Source: Piromyces finnis finn
Taxonomy: Eukaryota > Fungi > Neocallimastigomycota
Direction of reading: 5' to 3'
Assembly (NCBI GenBank): GCA_002104945.1
Contig: MCFH01000018.1
Span: 124,001-188,000 of the forward strand
DNA length: 64,000 nucleotides
The position numbers were made by a program, and so were the translations under genes. This document shows positions 25,971-36,115 of this stretch, piece after piece (positions within the stretch are counted from its first letter, which is position 1; each line of letters opens with the position of its first letter). The notes under the pieces were generated by a model. That model made no database searches, had not been told where the DNA came from, and saw nothing but the letters and a program-made list of their open reading frames with translations.

Positions 25971-27381
25971 TCTCTCTTGGGTACGTGCCTTCATTTATTT
26001 AATAAATGTAGTTTCTCAAGGGGGTCTACTCATGCTCATGGTACTGAGAGAGTAGAAAGAATTAAATCCAAGTATTGCGCAATGGATACTTGGTTAGTCT
26101 ATATTTGGAAATATTATTAGGACTAAGCTCATGGTACTGAGCGAACAGAGTTGATAATTTGAGTGTTAGTTGTTATATCATATATCCCTTACACCTTCAA
26201 CTTATTTTTTAGATAGTAGTTGCTTTAACAACTTTTATAACATATTATTTTAAACTTAAAATTGTTTGATTCGGTAGTATTAAATACTGATTTTGAATAT
26301 TTCTTGATTTCATTTTTATTTTAGCTTTCATCGATAATTTGTTATCCCAGTTTACTACTTATTCTCTTTGTTCTTTTATTCCTTTTTTATTCTTTATATG
26401 TTGATTAGTCAGATAGTTTTGTTTTTTCAGTTAGTTTGTTATTCCTTTCATTTATTCTTGAGTTTCGTGTGGGGTGCAGCTTTCATTACTATAATCATAT
26501 TTAATCTTTTATTTTTTTCTATTTTTATTATTTTCGAGGGGCGCGGCTTTTTTATTTTTCCTTTATGATTTTATATGATTCTAGTAATATCTTTTTTTAT
26601 TTCTTATTTTTTTGTAACTCTAGATTTTCCAAGGAATCTCTTTTCTACTAACATTCTTTTGTATACTTTTTCATCTCTTTTCTATATATATATATATTTC
26701 TTATACTTTATATTATATGTATATTTATATATCTGTATAACTTAATTAGGTTTATTATGGACTATTATGGTAAGTATTAACACCTTTTTTTTCTTTAACA
26801 TTTCTATTATCAAAGCTTCTATCCTGGAAAATCGAGTATTCTATTTTTATATTGTAAATACTACTCTTGTTTCAATTTTATCTTTAAAAAAAAAAAAAAA
26901 AAAATTTTATTATGTTTACCCAAAATTCTTCAACTTTTTTCCATTATTTTTGATATAACAACTTTTCACTCTTATTATCTCTCTACCTTACAACATAAAC
27001 AACCTAAATGAATGTTCAATTTCAACAATCAGAATCAACACAATATAATAATCATCCAATAAATTATACAATTCTTATAAATATAAAGAGCTTTCAAAAT
27101 ACAGTTATAATACAGAAATCCAAAGTGATAGATATTCATAATTTATCTTCCCGTTTAAAGTCTTCAGTAGAGTTAGAACTAAGTTTGTCAACAACTTAGC
27201 CACTTTTCCAGTTATAAAATTTAAAATATTGTTTGACAAATAATCCACTTGCTATATAATATATCCGTCTTTACTATTATTATTTTTATTTTACTATATA
27301 TTTTATTTCATTATAATATTTATATCATTATATCAATACTTCAAATTATTAATATCTATTGTCATAATAAGTTCTTTCAAA

Positions 27382-27762
27382 ATGAACAATACCAATTGTA
27401 CTGTACCTACCTTACGACGTGGTCTTCGTTTCTTCGGATCTAACTCCAATAAATCATATCTAATTTTTATCCATGATCTTAGTTCATGGTCAAAACAACG
27501 ACTAATGGAATTTCTTTTAAAGGACATTCAACCTTTCAATGATATTCTTCAATCCCTCACCAAAAAATATTCACAATCACTCGGTACCTATTTCATTCTT
27601 AAAGTCAATGGAAAATGTCCGCTTAAAGCCATGTTACTTATACACTCACTTTCTAAAAAACTCCCAATCTCTAGTAAAATATCTTGGAAATTCATTAATA
27701 AGCTCAAAAACAATAGATCATACAAAAACAAACGATCTATCAAATCTACTACTGGATGCTAG
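27382..27762 (+). CDS. Possible RRM-like (ORF1-type or N-terminal) domain of LINE-B
   Basis: YLIFIHDL / SKQRLMEFLLKD / TYFILKV / PLKAMLLIHSLSKK / KISWKF gives a beta-alpha-beta-beta-alpha-beta pattern. It lies directly upstream of the endonuclease remnant. The fold is inferred only. Confidence 0.4.
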   Translation: MNNTNCTVPTLRRGLRFFGSNSNKSYLIFIHDLSSWSKQRLMEFLLKDIQPFNDILQSLTKKYSQSLGTYFILKVNGKCPLKAMLLIHSLSKKLPISSKISWKFINKLKNNRSYKNKRSIKSTTGC

Positions 27763-30700
27763 ATTAATTGCCTTTGATGAACTTGATAAGTGGTTAACAA
27801 CGCATAACAAATTCAACCACCCAGCTATCCTTGTAGGAGACTTTAATATGTCAGCTATTAAAATCAAATCTTATATATCACAACACTTCCCGGATTGGAC
27901 TATGGCTGAGTTAACTGGTAATAATTTTACCTGGGAAAAAGGATCTAAATCTTCATGCATTGATCATATTATATACAACAAAGCTATGACAGAACACATA
28001 AACAAATCTTCAGTTTGTGAAGTTTTCCACGATGTTTCTGATCACAAACCGATCCTTGTGTCTTGTAAAAAAGACTCTTCGGATGGTTTCAAAAAGCCTA
28101 AGAAGACCTTTAAGTGGTCAAGTCATATCTGTAACACAAAGTGTTCTGACATTCTTACTAGTAATCGCTTTGCTGTTCTAGCTTCCGAGCTTGAAGCTAA
28201 TTGCGATAGCCTTTCGGCTGACGATATGGTTTCAAGATTTTTAGATACTTCCAAAACTATAGGTAAAGAAATAAAAGCCATTGTGCCTGCAGATTTAAAA
28301 GGTCCAGCATTCCATTGCCCTCAATACATCAAAAACTTATCACATGAAAAACACCTGGCTTACAAAAATATTAAACCCCTTTCAGATTGCGCTGACATGG
28401 AAAATTATCTTAACCAGTTCTCCATATACCAAAATCTATGTAATACCATCAAAAAGGTTAAGAGCAAATTCAGATCCAATCTCTATAAAGCTAATATTGT
28501 TTCTATCGGTAAACATTTTATTGATAAAAGCTTTAGACAAGGTTGGAAAGGCCTTAAAAAACTTGCCAAACCAAGTTATTCGTCCTCCCATGTTTCAACT
28601 ATTAAGGACAAGAATGGCAAGGATTTATTTACTCCTCAAGAACAATTAAAACGTTGGGCTGAACATTATGAAAATCTTGCATCTGATGTTACAAATCACA
28701 GCTTAAATCGTGGTTACTGGGAAAGAGCCTTCCAATTCAACCATATCAATCAAATAGCATGGGATATAAATGGTCCCATTTCTATTGAGGAAATTAGAAA
28801 TGTTGTTCTGTCAATGAAGAATAACAAGGCTCCAGGTCCCGATGGTATCCCAATTGAATTTTTCAAAGCTTTCTTTTGTAACGAAGAACTGGAGAAAGAA
28901 CATAAGTCTGCTGGAAATTGTCTTAAATTAATTTTTAATAAAATCTGGAATGGTTCCTTTCCTTTGAAATGGAACTCTGCTTCCATTGTTTCTATTCCAA
29001 AGAAAGGCGATCTTTCAGACTGTAATAATTATCGTGGTATTTCTCTCATCAATGTAGGTCTTAAAATTATTTCAAAAATTGTAACTAATAGAATTTCAAA
29101 GTATGCTCTTTCTCATAATTTTATAAGACCTGAGCAATTTGGTTTTCGCAATAAAGAAGAATGTATTAGCTTATTTATTTCCATTAGAGAAATCTGTCAA
29201 AGAAGAAAATTTAAAGGAAAAGCCACTTATGTCGCCTTTCTAGACCTTAAAAAAGCATACGACTCAGTTCCTATTTTTAATATCCTTACAAAGTTATATA
29301 AATTAGGTATACGTGGTAAATGTTTTGATTTTCTCAATAATCTCTACTCTACCTCTAAAGCTCGTGCACGTTTCTTGGATATGCTTTCCAATGAATTCCC
29401 TATAAACCGTGGTGTAAGACAAGGATGTCCTCTTTCTCTTATACTGTTTAACCTCTTTATCAATGATATTTTAAATAAATGTGAAAGGCTTGGGGTTAGC
29501 TTAGGTAATAAACGTTGTTGTGGTGGCCTTTTCGCTGATGACATTGTTTTGATTGCTCCTAGTAAGAAGAACCTTCAAAAGATGCTCAATCTAGTCCTTG
29601 ATTGGGCTAATTTAAATGAAATGTCTTTTGGAATAAATAAATGTGCAACTATTGTTGTTAAACCTATCAACTTTAATAGATCCCCTAGTTATGTCGACCC
29701 AACATTTTACATCGGTATGTACTCGATTCCAAAGGTTTCTTGCTATACTTATCTTGGAATCCCATTCGACGAAGATCTTTCTTTGACTCCTATTCTGTCT
29801 AATATGTACAAAAAAGTTCAGAATTCTTTATTCTCTTTTAAGAACTTCCTCACCAACAATTGTGTTCCTATTGGCTTAAAAAACATAGTAATTCATTCTT
29901 ATATTTTAAGCAAAGTCTCTTATTATGCTCCTTTGCTTGGTTCCAACAAAAATAGAACTAGAAGAGTCCAATCTCTTATCAATACTGCTGTTTTATGGAG
30001 TGTCAATAGCTTTCACAATAAAAGTTTTAATAACAAAGATTTTGTTTTTGAACGAAATTCATTTATTAGTCTGTATGCTCTTACAAGAGATATGAAGATT
30101 CCTACCCTTTCAGGTATTTGTGCTGCGCAACAAGTGAAATGCTTTGTTAAATGGAGAAAATCAAATTGTATAATTAAAGATCTCGTCCGATCTATTCCTC
30201 CCATGTCTCATTACTCTTGGGCCAAAGAATCTTGTTCACTACATAAGAAGCTTATGAAAATAAATATTAAAAGTACTAAAGATATTAGAGAATATTATTG
30301 GAATAATAGTAGCCTAAATAATGGAAGTAAAGCCCTCAGATATACTAACAACAAATTCCTTAATTCAAATCGCCTAATGCATATCGGTCTCAACAAACCT
30401 CACTTAAATTTAGGAATTACCTGGATTATTCGTATTCGATGCGGTTATGAAAATACTACCCGAATTGCTATTGCCAGTAATAGAGTTACTCCTGACTGCC
30501 CTCGTGTCTGTCCATGTTGCGGATATGACGAACAATCTTTTTACCATTGGATATTAGAATGTTCTGCATTCTCTGAATACAGAGCTTCTTCACTTAGCTT
30601 TCTTGACGATCTTTTTACCCTTTTTTACAATAAATATAAGAATCAATTCATCACATACTTACTCCCCGAAACGGAAGTAAGAAAAATAATTTATAACTAT

Positions 30701-30913
30701 ATTTTTACGTTCCTTCTTGGTGGAACTTTAGCTTATGATGAGCTACAAATCGATAAGGCGGAACAAAGACATTTGAATGAACAGCTTTACAGTTCATCGG
30801 GGTCTCATGTTCCATATGTAGAGGGTCTCGCGGCTTTTCTTACTAAAACAATCCCTATCATTAGTAGCTCTATGAAGCTACTTTTGATAGGTTTAGTAAG
30901 ACACCTAACGTAA
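27539..30913 (+). pseudogene. LINE-B ORF2: partial APE, RT and CCHC finger; N-terminal endonuclease half missing, probable frameshift near 30883
   Basis: Has GDFN, SCIDH, SDHKP, GPDGIP, FLDLKKAYDSV, GVRQGCPLS, FADD and CPCCGYDEQSFYHWILEC. Lacks the WNxNG/QET/NVY motifs seen in LINE-A. The homologous C-terminus continues in another frame (LFDRFSKT...). Confidence 0.85.
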
Positions 30914-31348
30914 TCAAGAGCGCCGACGTCGTACCGATATGGCAAAGGAACATTTCCAATGTTCCGTACACAGGGTTCAATGTTAGTATTTCCTCAAATT
31001 CGAATGAAAACATTATGAACTCATGGGAGAGTTTAGTGGACACCACACTATCATACCTGATGTTACTTCTTTTTTTTATTTCATTTAATTTATTAGGTAG
31101 GGACCAATCCCACACAGTACAAATTGCAGAGTTCATTGAACTTTTATGCAACTTAAATAATTATTTTATATTATTTTATATTTATATTTTTATTTATATA
31201 TATATTTTATTATTTTTATTTATTATTTATTATATCAATATCAATATGTATTATCACCTAATGTTATGTAATATCTCAAATTAAATAAATAAATAAAAGA
31301 TGTGTATTCTCTTCCTAGTCTAAAAAAAAAAAAAAAAAAAAAAAAAAA

Positions 31349-31709
31349 GTTATAGTTCTAATAATCCGGTGAATATGTGTATGATTATTCTAGTGGGTGC
31401 AATAAAATATTTAAATTCCTTCTTGGGGGAAGAAGTTTTAACAATATCAATTCCAATTCAAGGGAATGGAAAGAATTTTGAAAGTGTCAGATTCAATCGG
31501 ACACTTACGAAGGAACACCATTCTTGACGATAACGGTAAACGCGGAACTTCTAACCAAAATTATGTCTTTTGTTATTGACCAGAAATGGTCCATGCTCAA
31601 AAGGTTTAAAGCAATAACCATGAACATAAATGCTGAAGAAACAGTAAGACAGGAGGGCCAGCGTAACCAATGGAGATTATAATTTTGTCCCATGGAAAAA
31701 TTTGATCTC
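31349..31709 (+). mobile_element. Truncated LINE-A copy, downstream half (C-terminus of ORF)
   Basis: Resumes with GTTATAGTTCTAATAATCCGGTGAAT and matches LINE-A ~24607-24971 with substitutions and indels. Confidence 0.92.
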
Positions 31710-31768
31710 TAAGGCTTATATTATAATCCAATTCATATGTATTAAAAAATTTTTTAAAAAAAAAAATA

Positions 31769-31886
31769 GTTTTAATAGAATAGAAAGGAGTCTAACGAAT
31801 TCTAGTATTTTTGGATTGAAATTTAAAAAAAAAAAAGTTTTAATAGAATAGAAAGGAGTCTAACGAATTCTAGTATTTTTGGATTG

Positions 31887-31918
<32 letters not shown>
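31769..31918 (+). repeat. Tandem duplication of a 56-bp unit, each copy followed by poly(A)
   Basis: GTTTTAATAGAATAGAAAGGAGTCTAACGAATTCTAGTATTTTTGGATTGAAATTT followed by A12, then again followed by A26. Confidence 0.9.
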
Positions 31919-32074
31919 CTATTATTAAATTTTATGAATACTCTGGGTACTTATAATTTAATAAAAATTTTTAAGTTTCCTTATATTTGTTATTATCCCT
32001 TTTTACTGAATTGATATTTTTTGTGTATTTAAAATTTAAAAATTAATATTACTCTGGTTTAATAAAATGGTTCT

Positions 32075-32660
32075 AACATCCTATTCTGAAATTCTAGTAG
32101 TGACAATTTTTGGTATTAATTTGATTCCATTCTTCAAGTATAGACAGGGGAAATCATTTATTTGTTGCTTCTATATACCAATACTCTAAATCATGGCTTA
32201 TACCTTTTAGCGTCAGATCATTCTAGTTGTTCTTTGATAGCAATAACTAGTTCTCCATTTTTATTTTTAATCAGATGAATAATAAAGGAAACATTTTTTT
32301 TTTTTTTCAATTTTAGTAGTTTACTTAATTCATTTCTAATTCTTCATATAATTATATAACTCAATCTATTTTAATTCAATGAAGATATTTCTATTTTCTA
32401 TACTCATTACATATTTTGTGAATGATATCAATAAAATCAAGACATTTCTTAACCTTTATAATAAATTTATCTAGTTTATCTCTTTTTAATTCCTTATAGA
32501 TTTTCATTTTGATTTTCTAAGGATTAAAGATTTACTTTGATATACATTCTCAAGAGGAATCAGAAATATTATTTAAAGGAATTAGTGTTTTAAAAAATTC
32601 AATCAGAATATCTTGAGGATTTGATATTTATAATTTGGATTGTTGATTTGATTTTAGCTA
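32075..32660 (-). mobile_element. Degenerate, rearranged LINE-A-family relic
   Basis: The reverse complement has blocks similar to LINE-A 22085-22270 (KIKMK...YLHWIK), 22350-22400 (KNKNGELV..EQLE), 22570-22640 (PNYKA..IEF.K.LIP) and 22870-22910 (KIVTTRISE). Confidence 0.75.
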
Positions 32661-33400
32661 AACTTTTTTTTATTTTTTTAATAGTATCAAATAGACTAAA
32701 ACCTTTATCATTATTCTAATTAAAATTAGAATACATATGTATTTAAAAAATAAATTTAATCCTACACAAAAAATAAATAAAACATCGGTATAATATATTC
32801 TAGCAATTTTAATTAAAATAAAAAGGCTACTATTACACTTGAGTATAATAATCGTATTTTCCTTCTATTATAAATTTAAAATAGTTGGATATTTAAAAAA
32901 AAAAAAAAAGATTAAAAAATATAAGGAGAATCCCAATAAAAATAACAATAGTTCAAACATTAATAATAAAACCAGTGTAATAAGAATAAAAATTAGTATA
33001 CATTAAATTGATAATATTAAAAAAAAAAAAAAAAAGGAAAGAGTTTATAATAAAATTAGTGAATTAAGATTTTAAAAATATAGATAAATATTAAAACTTT
33101 TTAAAATTAATTTCATTGAAATTGAGATAGACAGCTATATTCTTTATAGTAAATTTAAAATATATATAAGAAAATAAACTTTTTTTACACAATCACTCTT
33201 ATATTTAATAATAAAAAATATATTATTTAATATTTATTTTTTTTTAATTAAATTAACACTTTTATATTATGTATATATACAATAAAATTTTTATAGGCTG
33301 AAATAATAATATTGCTAAAATAATAATAATAAAAAAAATCTATTGCAATGTCGTTTAAAGCCTTTTAAGATTAGTAATAATTTTTTCTATATTAAATGAT

Positions 33401-35380
33401 TTAACTTTTCCAGATTTTGTTACATTCTGAAATGTAATCTTCACATTTCTTGTAATTACCATCTTGAACAGTATTCCAACAATTACCAGCATCTTTATAA
33501 CACTTATCTGCCATTGATTGCTTACAACTCCAATCATTACTACCACAACTGAAGTAATCACCTCCAATAGTTGAACTTGAAGCTTCAAATGATGGGGCAT
33601 CGAATGATGGAACTGATGGTATATCAACTGGAGTATCAATTGGTGTATCAATTGGTGTATCGATTGGAGTATCAATTGGAGTATCAACTGGAGTATCAAC
33701 TGGAGTATCAACTGGAGTATCAACTGGAGTATCAACTGGAGTATCAACTGGAGTATCAACTGGAGTATCAACTGGAGTATCAACTGGAGCAGCAAAGTTT
33801 GGGAAACCACTATTGTTATTACCACCACCGAATCCTGGGAAATTTGGGAAACCTCCATTTCCTCCATTGTTATTGCCAAAACCTGGGAAACCTCCATTTC
33901 CTCCATTGTTATTACCAAAACCTGGGAAACCTCCATTTCCTCCATTGTTATTACCAAAACCTGGGAAACCGCCATTTCCTCCATTGTTATTGCCAAAACC
34001 TGGGAAACCACCATTTCCTCCATTGTTATTACCAAATCCTGGGAAACCACCATTTCCTCCATTGTTATTACCAAATCCTGGGAAACCACCATTGTTACCA
34101 CCAAAGTCACCTCCATTGTTACCTGGGAAGCCACCATTACCGTTATTGTCATTATTTGGAATTGATGGAGTATTATCGACTTCTGGAACTGATGGAACAT
34201 CATTATTTTCTGGAATAGTTGGAGTTTCTGGAGCTTGTGGTTCTGGATTAGATTGACCAGATGAGGTTGGCTTATTAGTTGGAGTAACTGGTCCAGTTGA
34301 GCCAATACCCTTCATTAAACCACTAACAACTTGAGGAGCTTTAACTTGATAAGTAGTACGATCAATAAGTCCGAAACGTTCACCAGAACCTTCAAAAAGA
34401 CCATTATCCCAAACAACACATGGAACACCAATTGCCTTGGCACCTCTAGTGTAGGCTTCAGCCCATTTAGCACGTTCAGCATCATTGTTACGACTCATAG
34501 CACCCATTTCACCAATAATTACAGCTATATTTTTACTAGTGAATTTACTTTTAATTAAATTAAAGAGTTGATCTAAATCAGAAGTGTTACTAAAAGTAGA
34601 AACGGCACCATCACCATTATTTAAGGCAAAATTATATGGTGTATAAGCGTGAAGTGAAACGATTAAATTACTATCACCAGATGGGAATTGATAAGCATTA
34701 ATAGCACCATCCATAGTAGTAGCAGCATAAGTTGGAAGCATTAAATGACGTTTTGGATTGTTACCACCAGTAGCACGAATAGTTTTAACGAAAAGAGCAT
34801 TCATTTTATTAACGAAGTCCCATCCTTCACTATCACCACCAGTCCATTCAACACTGGTTCCAACCTTTCTTGGTTCATTCATACCTTCAAAAATTAAATG
34901 TTCATCATAATCAGCAAATTCAGCAGCAATTTGTTTCCAAATAGCAACTAAAATAGTTTGTGCTTTTTGAAGATTATTTGAGAAAGCATAGTTCCATTTT
35001 TCATGATGAATATTTAAAATTACGTAAGCCCCCTTTTTATAACCATAATCTACAACTTCGTGAACTCTCTTCATCCAAGTTGGATTAATTTTATAATCAG
35101 GACCTTCACCAAAGTGACCATCCCATGTTGTTGGAATACGGAAAGTATCAAAACCTTCTTTCATTAATGCAGTGAAAAGACCTTCTGTTGTCTTAACATT
35201 ACCCCAACAGGTTTCAGAAGCTGTTGGATCAGCATTATTATCTAAATTATCACAACTAGCATCTAAAGTATTACCTAAACTCCAACCAATTTTCATATTT
35301 CTTGTTAATTCTATTGATGACATTGCATGGGTACCAACGATAGATAACCCAGCTAATAATATAGCATTTAAAAATCTCAT
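33401..35380 (-). CDS. Secreted GH5 (subfamily 4-like) endoglucanase with repeat-rich linker and Cys-rich C-terminal module; intronless
   Basis: Signal peptide; GWSLGNTLDA, RIPTTW, LNIHHE, FEGMNEP (acid/base Glu), LHAY, IIGEMG (nucleophile Glu), WDNG. Confidence 0.95.
   Translation of the reverse strand: MRFLNAILLAGLSIVGTHAMSSIELTRNMKIGWSLGNTLDASCDNLDNNADPTASETCWGNVKTTEGLFTALMKEGFDTFRIPTTWDGHFGEGPDYKINPTWMKRVHEVVDYGYKKGAYVILNIHHEKWNYAFSNNLQKAQTILVAIWKQIAAEFADYDEHLIFEGMNEPRKVGTSVEWTGGDSEGWDFVNKMNALFVKTIRATGGNNPKRHLMLPTYAATTMDGAINAYQFPSGDSNLIVSLHAYTPYNFALNNGDGAVSTFSNTSDLDQLFNLIKSKFTSKNIAVIIGEMGAMSRNNDAERAKWAEAYTRGAKAIGVPCVVWDNGLFEGSGERFGLIDRTTYQVKAPQVVSGLMKGIGSTGPVTPTNKPTSSGQSNPEPQAPETPTIPENNDVPSVPEVDNTPSIPNNDNNGNGGFPGNNGGDFGGNNGGFPGFGNNNGGNGGFPGFGNNNGGNGGFPGFGNNNGGNGGFPGFGNNNGGNGGFPGFGNNNGGNGGFPGFGNNNGGNGGFPNFPGFGGGNNNSGFPNFAAPVDTPVDTPVDTPVDTPVDTPVDTPVDTPVDTPVDTPIDTPIDTPIDTPIDTPVDIPSVPSFDAPSFEASSSTIGGDYFSCGSNDWSCKQSMADKCYKDAGNCWNTVQDGNYKKCEDYISECNKIWKS
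33620..33790 (-). repeat. 12-bp coding tandem repeat, P(V/I)DT x ~14
   Basis: PVDT x9, PIDT x4 and PVDI in the ORF translation. Confidence 0.95.
33850..34090 (-). repeat. 39-bp coding tandem repeat, GGNGGFPGFGNNN x6
   Basis: Direct reading of the ORF translation and DNA. Confidence 0.95.
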
Positions 35381-35764
35381 GTTTATTTATTAGTGTTTTA
35401 GATTATAACTATATACAATATTATATTTTCTGTTATTTAAATTATTTATAATTATTTTAAAGTGTTGATATATAAGATATTTAAGTTTAATATTAATATT
35501 TTTATTTTAAATATTGAATTCACTTTTATATTCTATTTATATTAAATAATTAATAAATATATAATTTAAATAAATTTTTATACAACATATAAATAAGTAT
35601 AAATAAAGAATTTCACTTGTAAAAAAATATAAATAGAAGATTATTTTTTTATTTATATATTGAAATCTTTTTTATTAATTATTTATAATGTATATTTTTT
35701 AGATTATAACAATATAATTTTAATAATATAATATAAATTAATTTTTTATTGTCTTTTTAAAAAT

Positions 35765-35776
35765 GATTGGCTGATT
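35765..35776 (-). promoter_or_regulatory. Candidate CCAAT (NF-Y/HAP) box ~390 bp upstream of the GH5 start
   Basis: AATCAGCCAATC on the - strand, in otherwise extremely AT-rich DNA. Confidence 0.35.
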
Positions 35777-36050
35777 TTAAAAATTAAAGTTTCTATTTTT
35801 AATAATTTTTTTTGATTCTATATTAATTTTACCGCAATTCTTATATATAACCGCAACACCATTAATTTCCAAATAATAGCTATATTCTATTTTAATAACA
35901 AAAACTATATTCATAATAAATTATAGATATATTAGCAATTAAAAATAAATTAAATGTTATATAAAATATCATATATTAATAAATATTAAGAAAGTACAAA
36001 TTGCAAATCAATGACACATCATGAATACAAAGTAACACTGATGAAACATA

Positions 36051-36113
<63 letters not shown>

Positions 36114-36115
36114 AT
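36051..36115. repeat. (TAAA)n microsatellite
   Basis: Direct reading. Confidence 0.95.

Larger units (their letters stand above)
25971..31348 (+). mobile_element. LINE family B element with both ends present (5.38 kb), inserted into the truncated LINE-A copy
   Basis: Flanked by a perfect 14-bp TSD. AATAAA repeats near 31284-31298 and A27 at 31322-31348. Carries an RT ORF. Confidence 0.92.

Noticed and set aside
26120-26200. tRNA gene suggested by the D-arm-like AGCTCATGGTACTGAGCG
   Set aside because: No anticodon arm, T-loop (GTTCRA) or acceptor stem follows.
33355-34305. Long alternative-frame and antisense ORFs over the GH5 linker (316, 215 and 147 aa)
   Set aside because: By-products of stop-free 12-bp and 39-bp tandem repeats; no independent coding signal.
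36037-36050. CTGATGA hammerhead core
   Set aside because: No stem II, GAAA or flanking helices.
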